A stretch of DNA of 64,000 nucleotides from Octopus vulgaris (Eukaryota): contig OX597836.1 in the NCBI GenBank assembly GCA_951406725.2, forward strand, positions 20,212,001 to 20,276,000. The letters are read 5' to 3'. The notes below the pieces were generated by a model. It was not told where the DNA came from and searched no databases. It saw only the letters and a program-made list of their open reading frames with translations. Positions 1 through 13,279 of this stretch are shown one piece after another; the first letter of the stretch is position 1, and each line of letters starts with the position of its first letter. The position numbers and the translations under genes were made by a program.

Positions 1-150
1 ATGAAGAATATATATATATATATATATTGCATAGCAAGTACATCTGAGATCGTGTGCTGGAACGAAAACAATTGCAGCATGGAAGGTGTTTATAAGCCAT
101 TTAAGAAACACACAAAAACTGTTAAGATTCACTTCAACATTTAAATTTAA

Positions 151-201
151 TTTGTTAAAATATTTTCTTCACTTTGAGACCACGACCTGTTCACTGACAA
201 A
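151..201 (-). ncRNA. Degenerate hammerhead-like motif with G3-C8 swapped core
   Basis: Minus strand: tttgtca-GTGAACA-g-gtcgt(9 nt)gtgaa-GAA-AATATT-T-taacaaa inside a ~190-bp element between (TA)n runs. Confidence 0.38.
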
Positions 202-218
202 ACTTCGTGCTGCATCTC

Positions 219-258
<40 letters not shown>

Positions 259-1269
259 GACGGAGAAACCAGGAAACTGGCTCTATGCTCCTTACAGCAT
301 AATGTGGACTAACCAGTCTGATGCAATCATTCAGACAATGTCTCCTGTTTTAGAACCCCTTCCTTCTTCCCTCCCATCTTGGAGGCCCTGTAAAGAGTCA
401 CGGACACAACCATTCCCTCTTGATTAAGAGATTAAAAGAAAAAGAAGCAATGACAACAAATCGAGTTACTTGGTAAACAAGTGCAACTCCAAGCAAGCTA
501 CTTGATTGTATTCAGTAAATGTATAATGTAAACAAAACCTGCCATGTTTTTAAGTCCAGAATAAAGTCACTTGGTAAACGAGTGCAGCTCTTTGGAGTGA
601 GTTTGATTATGTTCAGTAAAATGTACGATGAAAGTGAAACCTACTATTACCATACCATGAGTGCATGATACTGATATGTATAATTGTTACAAGTTTTGTT
701 TGTTAACGGAGACTTCAGTTGGTGTGGTGAAGTATTTAGTTCTACAGAACACCGAGTGCTTCCCACCCAAAATATGAGAAACTTAATGTTAGTATATGAA
801 AACATATTTAAACTTTCACTGTACAGGAATTTCACTAAGGAATGTGTTTGGCTACCAAATTATGTCAATGTTGACCTTTTTTTTTTTTACATTACATCAG
901 ATATGGTGTAGCCTGTTGTGTTTTGTTATGGGAATTTGTAAACAACTACACAGACTTTATAGAAATCTTATGTTGTTAAGCACTTGGCTCAAAAATATTG
1001 GGGGTCATTTATTCCAAATGCATTTAGGTTTTATAAACCTTCTGAACACTGATGCCCCTATTTTAATATTGAAGTACAGACATGGCTATAAAGGAAGATG
1101 CTTGCTTCCCAACCACATTGTTCCAGGTTCAATGGAAGAACATTGTAGAAAATGAAGGAGATTATATATTTTAGATTAAAAAAGAACTTTATCTTAATTT
1201 TGAAAAATAAAAGAAGTTTAAAAAAAAAGCAGCATTATTTATGAGATGACCCAATATCTTTGATTCTTT

Positions 1270-1595
1270 TATATCATGCATCAACACTGCTGTTCATTTG
1301 CTAGTACAGCATGGTAGATTGCCTTTGACAGTCTATCCCCGTCAGGCAGTCTGACATTTCCACCCCAACACAGATGGATTTGCTCAAGTATGACAAACTT
1401 TAGGATTTCTCTATTGGGAATTTTACCCTGATGTTTAGATTTTTCTTATGCAAGACGTGTGGAAATAGTTAAATCTTTTAGCAAGGGACTGGTATGCTGT
1501 CCAAGTTTCCATGTCATAGAGGATAGCTGGAATGATGACAGTTTTGTAAAATTTAATTCTGGTATCTATGCAAATACCTGGGCTGTGCCACAGTC
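1270..1595 (-). mobile_element. RTE-clade LINE ORF fragment (post-RT region), decayed
   Basis: Minus-strand translation LWHSPGICIDTRIKFYKTVIIPAILYDMETWTAYQSLAKRFNYFHTSCIRKI resembles the RTE motif TKxxxYxxxVxPxLLYxxETW. Confidence 0.65.
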
Positions 1596-2113
1596 AATAC
1601 CATGTGTGTTTGTGTGTATTTTGCCGCTGTATATCAGTGGTGATTATAAAACATTGGTAAGACAAAAAAAAAAATTAAAAAAAATTGAGTGCTTTACAGC
1701 TAAAGTCCTTTGGGATATTTGTTCTGCTATAAAATACAGACTCTCCCTTATCACTATTGATATCAGATATGCAGTGAAGCAGTGATTGGCCCATTGCAAA
1801 TCTGTAGCAATCAGCACTGTTGTTACATCAATTTTGATATGAAATTAATGAATAATTAATAAAAAGATCCTACATAAAGTGAAAGGAATTTATATGAGGA
1901 AGACAAAAGGAAGGCAATATTCACTGTGACTTCATTCAAAGATATGTAGAAGAGCCTCAGTTAACAACTTCTTCCAACCAATCAAAGAGCTGAGAACTTA
2001 GTACGTCATCAACAACACCAATTCATAAATCATCATCATCATTGGTGTAGTCTCATATGCTCTGTGTCTGTCTGTCTGTCTCTGTCTCTTTGTCTCTCTC
2101 TCCATACATTCAT

Positions 2114-2298
2114 AGGTGCAAGTGTGGCTGTGTGTTAAGAAATTTGCTTCCCAACCACATGGTCCTGGGTTCAGTCCCACTGTGTGACACCATGGGCAAG
2201 TGTCTTCTACCATGGCTTCAGGCTAACCAAAGCCTTGTGAGGGAATTCGATAAACAGAAACTGAAAGAAGCTCATTGTATCATTGTAATGTATGTATA

Positions 2299-2335
<37 letters not shown>

Positions 2336-2546
2336 CTTTGTGTCTGTGTTTGTCCTTCACCACTACTTGACAACCAGTGTTGGTGTGTTTATGTTCTCAT
2401 CACTCAGTGGTTTGGCAAAAGAGACCAATAGAATAAGAACCAGGCTTTAAAAAAATAAGTACTGGGATTGTTCCATTTGACTAAAACTCTTCAAGGCCCT
2501 AGCAAGGGCACAGTTTAACGACTGAAACAAATGAAAGATAAAAGAG
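2114..2546 (+). mobile_element. tRNA-derived SINE family A (internal microsatellite)
   Basis: GGTTCAGTCCC B-box, CC(A/T)TGGGCAAGTG CORE-like block, internal (TG)n, TAAAAGAG tail; more than 12 copies in window. Confidence 0.8.
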
Positions 2547-2886
2547 CATCTAAAAATCCCTAAATCAGCTGCCATATTTTTCTCAATACCTGCTATCCGT
2601 AAAGAGTGCATGGTATTATTACTTAACTGTGCTGCTATTTAACGTCCGGTTTTAATATCCAGTGTTAAACTGCTTGTTAGATTGACTCTAATGGATCTGT
2701 AACACTTTATAATTTGATTAATGAATGTGTGTGTGTGTGTGGGTGTGTGTGCGTCATTGAATGAAACCTGAAGTCCCAGTCAAGAAGAATTTTACAGTAT
2801 CAAGGCCTTTCCCCTCCATCAGTAAATGTCTCATTGTTATTCTTAAACTGGTTTAAAATAACAGCCTTCTGTTTACATTTATACAT

Positions 2887-3236
2887 AAAGGTAAAGGGTA
2901 AAGACCCCCTTCGGTCATGAGTGACCATGGGTTTGCACCTAGAGAGTTACCCTCTGAGGCACAAGTCTGGGCAAGGTTGTTTTATGGAAGGCCAGTAGTC
3001 GCCCATGCATACCGGCCTCCCTCTCCACGCCACCAGTGATATCCAAGGGAAAGACAAAGGTCGATACAGCTTGGCACCTGTGACGTCGCAACTCATTTCT
3101 ACAGCTGAGTGAACTGGAGCAACGTGAAATAAAGTGTCTTGCTCAAGAACACAACACGCAGCCCGGTCCGGGATTCGAGCTCACAACCTCACGATCGTAA
3201 GCTCGACGCTCTAACCACTGAGCCACGCGCCTTCAC
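2887..3236 (-). mobile_element. tRNA-derived SINE family D
   Basis: Minus strand GGCGCGTGGCTCAGTGGTTAGAGCG...GCTCGAATCCC head, CTTGAGCAAGACACTT core, (TTTACC)n tail; decayed relatives near 6860, 28225 and 30395. Confidence 0.8.
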
Positions 3237-3467
3237 ATTTATACATACACACACATATATACTGTAAAATTTATACAGGTTAACTAATTGTTCATCAACG
3301 AACTCTTGAGTTTCTCAGGAAAAAAATGCTGTTGTTTATAAACATTCCTATCTATTGGCTAACAGTCAGCTTATAATGTATGTTACGTATTCCATACCTT
3401 ACCTTGTATTGAGTGCTCTAAATACATATATATTATATTACATAATATATATATATATATATATATA

Positions 3468-4283
<816 letters not shown>

Positions 4284-4910
4284 ATTATGTAGATATTATA
4301 TTTTATATATAATATTATACACACATGTAACTGAGAAGGCCCAATGAGGAAGGGGGAGAATTCTATTCAGAAAACTTTCGACACACAACTTAAGGTCAAT
4401 ATTTACTTAATTCTGTCCAATCTGTAATTAAACCTGACCTTTGTTTAACAGGTTGCCAATGAGTTTGTTTATCTTCAACTCTTCCCCCCCCCCCCGCTTC
4501 CATCTTCTTATCAACACACCAATGCCAACAAGAGAGAGAAACTGCAGATTCTTGAAAGGTAGTTCTATCAAAATACTTTCTCTATGGAGCAGCAGCAACT
4601 TTCTGTTTAGTTTAAGTATTTTCTTTCTCTATTTCCTCTCTCTCTCTCTCTCTCCCTATCTCCTCTGTTGCCTCTCCCTCTATCTCTCCTCCTTTCTGTC
4701 ACCCATGTCTCTCTCAACTCTCTCCTCTTCCCCTCTGACTCCCCCCTCTCTCTGTCTTTCCCACTCTTTGTTTCTTTTCCCATGTCTTCCTCTGTCCCTC
4801 TCTCTTCTACCTCCCCCTCTCTCTCTGTCTGTCTGTCTATCTCTCTCTCTGTCTCTTTCTCTCTCTCTCTCTCTCTTTATATATATATATATATAGATAG
4901 ATAGATAGAT

Positions 4911-4941
<31 letters not shown>

Positions 4942-5503
4942 TGTGTGTGTATAGTAAATACTTGTTTCTCATTTCGCATATGAAATCCTTTCTGGTTCTT
5001 CCACGAATACCTACTATTTTTCTGTTAGCTAGACCCATTTCTAATAAACCAGGTAAATCTATTCTCCATTAAATGTTATTTAATGTACAGGAGGGTGATA
5101 GAAATGTTGGTTCATTGATCAACATGTCTTGCAGTGTTTCTTCTGTGTTTCCTTTACATTCTGAGCCCAAACAACAGTGAAGTCACCTTGCCTTTCTTCA
5201 GGGTCAATAAAATACTGTTCCAGTAATGGGGTTGATGGTATTGACTTATATCATCTTCATCTCAGAAGAGTGGAGATTGGTTATGTAACTTTACATTCTG
5301 TGTTCAAATATTGCTGCTGAGGTCACCTTTGCCTTTCATTCCCCCAGGGATGAATAAAATGAAGTACCTTTTCAGTATTCAGATTGATGGGATCAGCTAA
5401 TCCTCCTCTCCCTCAAAATGTCAGGATTGGTCATATCTTCATATATAAATATAACAAGACACTCCATCTTGATCTGATGTTTGGGATGATAAATAACCCT
5501 CAT

Positions 5504-5720
5504 CTCTTTACTCTTTACTCTTTTATTTGTTTCAGTCATTTGACTGCGGCCATGCTGGGGCACCGCCTTTAGTCAAGCAACTCGACCCGGGACTTATTCT
5601 TTTTGTAAGCCCAGTACTTATTCTATCGGTCTCTTTTTGCCGAACCGCTAAGTGACGGGGACGTAAACACACCAGCATCGGTTGTCAAGCAATGCTAGGG
5701 GAACAAACACGGACACACAA

Positions 5721-5751
<31 letters not shown>

Positions 5752-5929
5752 CATACATATATATACGACAGGCTTCTTTCAGTTTCCGTCTACCAAATCC
5801 AATCACAAGGCATTGGTCGGCCCGGGGCTATAGCAGAAGACACTTGCCCAAGATGCCACGCAGTGGGACTGAACCCAGGACCATGTGGTTGGTTAGCAAG
5901 CTACTTACCACACAGCCACTCCTGCGCCT
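5504..5929 (-). mobile_element. SINE family A, full length
   Basis: Near-identical to the copies at 3468, 19453 and 35149. Confidence 0.85.
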
Positions 5930-6498
5930 CATCTGTTAATTATGAATCAAAATTAACTATGATTTTTCAATATGAAATTATATTTGGCATAGCATGGAAT
6001 GAGTTTGAGATGGGAAGTAAGATTCCATAGACAGGATTCTAACTATAATATACACACAGGTGTACACAAACACACACAATATGCACAAGTTATTATTTAT
6101 AGCTTTGTTTGCTTCAAGATACTCTGTTTCAAAAAAGAATTAACATTATCTTGAAAGTATAAATTCTGATGACATCACTGATAATGTGTTGTGTATCTTG
6201 CGTGTACAGTTAAATGTACTTTATCCCTGTAACATAATGCAATAAAGTGTTTCCCTGGGTGGTCTGTTGTGGTTCAGCATCCAATTGCACTTGGAACATC
6301 CAATGCAGAGATTTCAAATAACCACAGTGGTGAAACGTATATAGGGAACAAATAATAGAAACTTGTGTTTATCATAATTTCTCTGATACACACATATGCT
6401 TGTTTATAGATTTTTTTTTTTTTTTGTTGATATTGGTGTGTAAAATATAAAAGTGATAAGATATCTGTTGAGAAGTAAAAAGTTTATTATATAAGTTA

Positions 6499-6725
6499 CG
6501 AGCTGGCAGACACGTTAGTGCGCCGGGCGAAATGCCTAGCGGTATTTCGTCTGTCGTTACGTTCTGAGTTCAAATTCCGCCGTGGTTGACTTTGCCTTTC
6601 ATCCTTTCGGGGGCCGATAAATAAAGTATCAGTTTCGCACTGGGGTCGATGTAATCGACTTAATCCCTTTGTCTGTTCTTGTTTGTCCCCTCTATGTTTA
6701 GCCCCTTGTGGACAATAAAGAAATA
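6499..6725 (+). mobile_element. tRNA-derived SINE family B with target-site duplication
   Basis: GAGCTGGCAGA...GAGTTCAAATTCC...GCCTTTCATCCTTTCGGGG...AATAAAGAAA; TATATAAGTTA on both flanks. Confidence 0.85.
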
Positions 6726-9700
6726 TATATAAGTTAACATTTTGATTCTACTGTGTGTAGCAAAAATCAACTGTTGTTTTATTTTATTAGCTCTCTGTTT
6801 TGTTTTGTGAAGTTTCAAAGAAAATATAAAATCATTTCATAAATATGGAGTGAAATCATGTAGCCTGGTGGTTAGGGTTTTGGGCTCTTGATCATAACGT
6901 CATGGGTTCAATTCCTTGAGCAAGACACTTCATTTGATGCTGCTTCAGTCTACTCAGATGAAAGTAAGTACCTGCCTAGTGTTGCTACAATAACTCTCTC
7001 CTTCCAGCTTTCATATCCTTGGATGTTCTGCTGGGCTAAGTTATCGTTAGTATCTGCTTATGAATACACAGGCACCTAAAACAACTAGTGAAGGCATGGT
7101 ACATGTTAATGTTACCAAGTCACTCTCACTTGCAAGTTATAGCTGTGGTTCTTCACAAATCAAGTAGAACTCTCAATTTCGTGTCATGCTAATGGTACCT
7201 GAAACCACTTCATATGTCAGTGTCTGTGCGTGTTTTGCTGCGAATGCTGAGAAGGTGTGTGTTGATTGTATTATGAAATCTGTCTAATTGTCTTCCTGAA
7301 ACATGTGTATGTTTTATAGAACTTAAAACAACAATTATGTTTTCTATGTTTATTAAAATTTAAATGGTTTTCAAAGGATTTCTTTAAAAAGTAAAATGTT
7401 TCTAAAACAGTAAGTGGGAGATAGTTTTTTTCTTAAATTTAATTAAATTTTTTTTTTTTTAAATGCTAACCCAAATTCAGGTCTTTCTTTTTTTTAAAGA
7501 AATGTTAATTTTCCATTTACCGTTGCAATAAACTCCCCAAGTTTATTATATAAGTTAACACTTCGATTCTACTATGTGTAGCAAAAATCAACTGACAAAT
7601 GTATTTCACAGCATTTTGTTGCATTTTACCCTAACCATATTCACCTGTTGTCACATAGGCCGCATGCATAAGAAAATGAACAGAGTTGCTACAGGTGTGT
7701 ATAAAGACAATTTCTATGGTATAAGCTATCTTGCTTGGCTATATAATTTCAGTTACATTTGTTACTTTTATTTATTTTTTTTTTACAATTGTTATTATCA
7801 TTTGCTTAAATATTTTATTTTTTTAACGTATGTTTATATTTTCATTTTTTTACGTTTTTTTTTTTTTTTTTAGCTTTTAAATTTCATTTTAATTTATAAT
7901 CAAATTCTTATTTAGCCTATTTCTTCTATAGCTTTCGGGTGGCAGTATTTTAGTTTTTACAGCTTCGGTGCCTCGACCTAAATCATGCTTTTTCTCTCCC
8001 CGTTTGATTTGCAGTTTTATTATTATTATTATCATTATTATTTTCATTTTTTATTTTAAACCTTTTTTTTTTTTTTGTTGTTGCAAATTATGTTATATTT
8101 AAAAAAAAAAATGTCTTGAAATTAAAATTTATTTTGACTTATTGGTGGAAGTTTGAGCTTGATCCTTTTGCACATGACTTTTTTTTTTTTCTGTAATATT
8201 TCCTTGCATCTAAAATCTCCCCTTCTGCCACAAACCACCACCATATATCCCGGAAATGTATGTAGCTTAGATTACACACCATTCTTGTTTTGTATTGGCC
8301 ATTTCTTTTGGTGCTTTCGTTGTAACTATATCACAACAGTCTTATTCCAACTATGACACTGTTGTTATTTCCTGTGTGAAAATGCTGCAAATCTGTTGCG
8401 TTCAATTTGGTAAAGCAAGTGGGTTTATTTTATTCTCTATTTCAGTTGAATCTGAAACTAAGAAGAAACATTTTAAGTTTTACCATCTTGCAGCAATATC
8501 AGTTACTAGATTTCTATGTTGGTTTTCACTGGGGGGAAAAAAAAAAAATGAAAAGCAAAAACATGATGATAATAATAATACTAAAAAGTTCATGTGACAT
8601 ATGTAGAATATATTGAAATAGTATTTGTTACACAATAAAGGCATTTATTTGTAAAACAACGAAATTGAATGTTTTACCAATAACAGACGAAGAGTAAGCT
8701 TGCTGGTATCTGGAAACCTAAATGTTTTATTTTCAAACAATTTTTGTGAAGCAGTTACAGTATGGAAGATTCATATTAGCCCTTCAAAAGCACCTAAAAC
8801 AATTGCTAACTTCCCTTAATCACTTTTTTGTTTGGTGTCAAGATTTTCGTCCAACTGTTTGTGACATGGCAACAAGTTTGAAACAAGGCTATCAACCTAT
8901 ATTTAGAGACCTCACAGTTTTAAATATAGTTTCTTTTTCACTCATCAGGTCAGACATTCTGGTTGTCCTCACCTGGCGCTCATTGTTGATGATGACTGCA
9001 AAAGTGACTGACCTATCTAGGTATTTACTTAAACCTAAGTCTATCATGAACCCTAGAACTTATCAGACTAAAGCTTAATCTGGTTTCCATGGTGACTGAG
9101 ATTTACAGCACTCCTCTCTGAATTGGTATGTCAATCCATTGCAGGGTCAACTTCCCAGCTACTGCTGGAACTCATGGACATGCGGTAATCAAAACCACAA
9201 TCATAGTGCAATATCCTAACTTCTAGGTCATGTACCTTCATGACCTGTATATGTGAGAGAGAAAAATTATATTTAAAACCCTGAGGCCTATATACAGGCC
9301 AACAGCTATGTTCCAAACCTTTTGCAGTGGTACTGTCAGTGACCAGGTTGCAAATAGTGTGATGAAAATTTTGACGCCAAATAATAAATGCTTGATTGAA
9401 GTTAAGAGTTTTTGTGTGGTTTTGAATGTATCTTCTAAACTGTAATTGTTACAGTTTCAATACATGGTCCCAAATCAAATCACTTGCCTGACAAGTACAT
9501 CTCCAAATTTTTCATGTAATTGTGTTTTTTAGAGGGGGAGGGGGACATGGTACAAAGGGGAAAAAAATAACTAAAAATGAAAAAAAAGGATAAAGGAAGC
9601 ACTCAAGTCTTCAACCAACAATTTTTAAATACAATAAGGTGAAAGTGAAAGTTTGTCAAAAGATACCCCCCCATTCAACATAAAAATTACTTATATGACT

Positions 9701-9984
9701 TACGATGGCCTCATGATTTTTATATCATTGCTTGCTTACAGAAGCTCTTTTGGATTGGGAAATTATGTGCCGCCCCTTGGAAGGTTTATTGCAGACTTTT
9801 ATCATCGCTTGCTTTGCGTTGATGCATACTGCTTTTGGCTTTTCATTTCCAAAGTTATTTTTCTTTCTCCTTTTGGAATTTGGAGATACTTTTTTACCTC
9901 ATATCCTTCGTTCTAGCTGCCTGAAGTTAACATTATACAACACACACACATATACAAACACACAGATTCACTCATACACATATA

Positions 9985-10022
<38 letters not shown>

Positions 10023-11052
10023 ATCTCTCTCAGTTTAGAATTGGTTATTTTATATTTGTTAAATTCTGTTGTTAATATTTCCATTTAATCCCAAAATTTA
10101 TCTTTCCTGTTTTATTTATTTATTTATTTATTTATTTTGCTTTCCCCTTTTTCTTAAAAGATTATTTTTTACTGTATTTAAATACTATTTTATGTCCATC
10201 CATTTGTTAAGTCTGGGTAGGATAGGTTATTGATTCTTTAAATTTGTAACAAATATGTGGAATTAAATAAGGTTTTTGCCCATAATCTTTTTATTACCAT
10301 ATTTCTGTTGAAATACACTAATTAATTTTGAGAATAATGAAGACTTTAATTAAATTAACTTAGTCATTATTAAGCTGGAGTTTGGAACATAAATTAACAT
10401 GAACGTTTAAAGTTTGATGGAAGATCGCCTTAAAATCAGAAGTTTGTATCATAGTACTAGGTGACAAGTTCTGTATTGAGCAGCTGGGTATCAAAAGGGT
10501 TAATCCACTGCTAACTGCTCAAGTGTGAAGTAGATAGGAAGCATAATGTCTTTACTTTTAAAATAGTCCTCCTTTACATAGCTTCTATTGAAAGAACTCC
10601 ATAATTTGGTGAGTGTAGTAGTAGTAGTAGTAGTAGTAGCTGTCTGTTGCCCTAGCTTACATTATGTACCAAATCTTTTCTTGCTATTCAAATATATAAA
10701 CCATACTTGATGTTCTTCTTTGCATTGTAATTCTCTAAAGATGCGGAAAATGTCTCCCTCTATTTTTTTGCTCTTTCAATTCTGAAGACTTGCCTTCCAC
10801 AGAGATTTGCTTCAATGCAACTATTCATTGCTTGGCTTGTGAAAAGCAAAATACATACATAAATAAATGTGTGGAATATAATTAAATTACCATTGTCCCT
10901 CTTGGTCTTGTTTAGTGTTTTTTTTTTAATTTTTAAACTAGTATTTAGTATTTTTAAACTGGTATAGTGAAACAGCAAGGAATTGAACCTGTATCAAGTG
11001 ACTAAGGCCTAATAGCTGTATATTGTTAAAAGAGCAGCTTAGAATTGCAGTG

Positions 11053-11284
11053 AGGCGGCGAGCTGACAGACACATTAGCGCGCCGGGCGAAATGCTTAGC
11101 GGTATTTCGTCTGTTGTTACATTCTGAGTTCAAGTTCTGCCGAGGTCAACTTTGCTTTTCGTCCTTTCGGGGTCGATAAATAAAGTACCAGTTACGCACT
11201 GGGGGCGATATAATCGACTTAATCCCTTCGTCTGTCCTTGTTCGTCCCCTCTATGTTTAGCCCCTTGTGGGCATTAAAATATAT
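11053..11284 (+). mobile_element. SINE family B
   Basis: Same sequence as the 6499 copy. Confidence 0.82.
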
Positions 11285-12779
11285 ATTCTAGATTGAAACA
11301 AACAGAAATGTTTGTTCTAGTGGTACAACAGAAATGAGTGAAGAAATACAAAGAACTGCAATGGCATGTTCTAATACCACCCCAAAATCCATAAATTATA
11401 CAAGTAAAGAACAGACAAATGAATATAATATCTGTTAATGGCTAACTGGCAAAGATGACTTCACCAAAATTTATTACCTTCATAGTTTCCTACAAAACCT
11501 TTTGGCAAACAAATTTCAAGAGAAGTGTCATTGATGATAGTCTTTTGCTAAAAACTGTTTATTGTCTTACATCTACTGCCATGAGGGAGAAAAAAAAAAG
11601 GTCTATTATTTGAAATTGAATTTCTGCAATTGGTTCCGATGAATACTGAATTTGGTACAAATATTACTCAGTGTTAAAATGTATTCAACCAATGGTCTAA
11701 ACTGCTTTCACTTTGTTCACACAAAGGAAGAATATGGTTTTATGTGATACCACACACTAGAAAAATAAGATGTGATGATGATGGCAGAGATGATGACAAT
11801 AGAGATGATGGTGACAGTGATGATGAGGACAATGATAGAGGTGATGATGATGATGATTATGACTACAGTGATGGGATGGCAGCAGTTGCCATTGTCATAG
11901 TACTGATGGTGCTAGGAACCATCTTAAGACATTGTGGTTGATTTTTTTTTTTTTGCCCCCTTTTTTTAGCCACTGAGTTAAGTAATTGTTGCATGGAGTA
12001 GTTCCAACTGAGAACAAAAAGTGACATACACACATATATATACTCCCACACACATATACACTGAGTTCTCATGACACAGGAGATGACAATATCTTGATAA
12101 TAATAATAATAATAATAATAATAATAGAACCTATACATCTGCCATTGGTTTATTCACTGAAATAAACATCACATTTATTCTTTTGTCTTGGCAAAATTCT
12201 GAAATTTTGGAAACAACAGACTTTGTCTAAAATATTAGTATTCTCGTCTCCCTACACCACACCAAAATTATCCAAATGTACCAACATTAACTAAATGTTT
12301 TTGTCTCTTTTTGTCCGCTGATGTAGAAAGTTTCTGCTGGTTTCTATGGCTTCTAGTATATTTTAGTCATTAAATATATCCCATGGCTCTGATTTACTAA
12401 ATTTGCTTGATATAAATATTATTGTTTATATACATTACTGGCTGCTGTTAGTTTTGTTACTGCTGTTGTAGTTCTAGGTCAGGCCTGACTCTGATAAAGC
12501 AGAACAATAATCAAAGAAGCATTCCAATCATGACCTTGCCATTTTAATATTCAGACAAAAATATCAATATATATATATATATATAAAATACAGGCCTACA
12601 CATTATCCAACACGTCCTTCCCTTTCTATGATGGTAAAGTAATAATTTGACTGCTATCTCCAGCAGGTCAAGGCAGCTATGTAAAGAGTCACTTGTTAGT
12701 TCATACTGGCTCTTACTGTGTCCAAGATATATATATATATATGTATATAACAGACATATATATATATATATATATATAT

Positions 12780-13013
12780 ATGTAAAGTATAGAAGCCATC
12801 ATAACATGGCTAACCACATAGGGGAGGGGGTGTTACTGTAGCTTTAAGGGCACTGAAATGGTGTCTAAAGCCAGCTGGAGACACCGATCTCTTGGGGCTA
12901 TAAAGCTACAGTAACACCCCCTCCCCTATGTGGTTAGCCATGTTATGATGGCTTCTATACTTTACATTATCGAGCGATTACTGTTTCAATCTCATTCTGA
13001 GATTTAATAATGC
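12780..13013. mobile_element. Asymmetric foldback element: perfect 67-bp inverted repeat plus 46-bp tail, in (TA)n
   Basis: 12780-12846 is the exact reverse complement of 12901-12967; tail hairpin AATCTCA-ttc-TGAGATT. Confidence 0.75.
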
Positions 13014-13207
13014 TATATATATATATTGTTTGCATCATAAGAATTTTAGAAATTTCAGTGAAATAATTTGTGATTTTTTTTTTTAACAGTGGAAAATAAA
13101 CAAAACAAATTATTTCGTGTTCTCTTGAAGTTTCTAAATTCTTCTGATATAAACAATATACAATTCTTGCAGTAAGAATTTTCTAAAATGGATTGGGAGA
13201 TTTGAAG

Positions 13208-13279
13208 GGTTGCTTTAATCTACTGGTAGAATGCCAGTCATGTTTACTGAAGATGTGGGTTCAAGTCACACAGACGGCC
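13208..13279 (+). pseudogene. Degenerate tRNA-like sequence (Thr-TGT-like) or orphan SINE head
   Basis: TGGTAGAA A-box-like, ccagt-catgttt-actga anticodon arm, gtggg-TTCAAGT-cacac T arm; acceptor stem pairs poorly. Confidence 0.35.

Noticed and set aside
5682-6030. Recurrent ORFs of the [14 protein letters not shown]...[10 protein letters not shown] type (also 19631, 21313, 26863, 31238, 35314)
   Set aside because: Chance frames through SINE family A, not a protein family.
8905-8955. CTGATGA...GAAA on the minus strand
   Set aside because: Helices II and III do not pair convincingly.
11744-11941. Acidic ORF followed by a hydrophobic stretch, as a possible leader or transmembrane exon
   Set aside because: Degenerate (GAT)n repeat with no convincing splice sites and no fit to LRP1 architecture.
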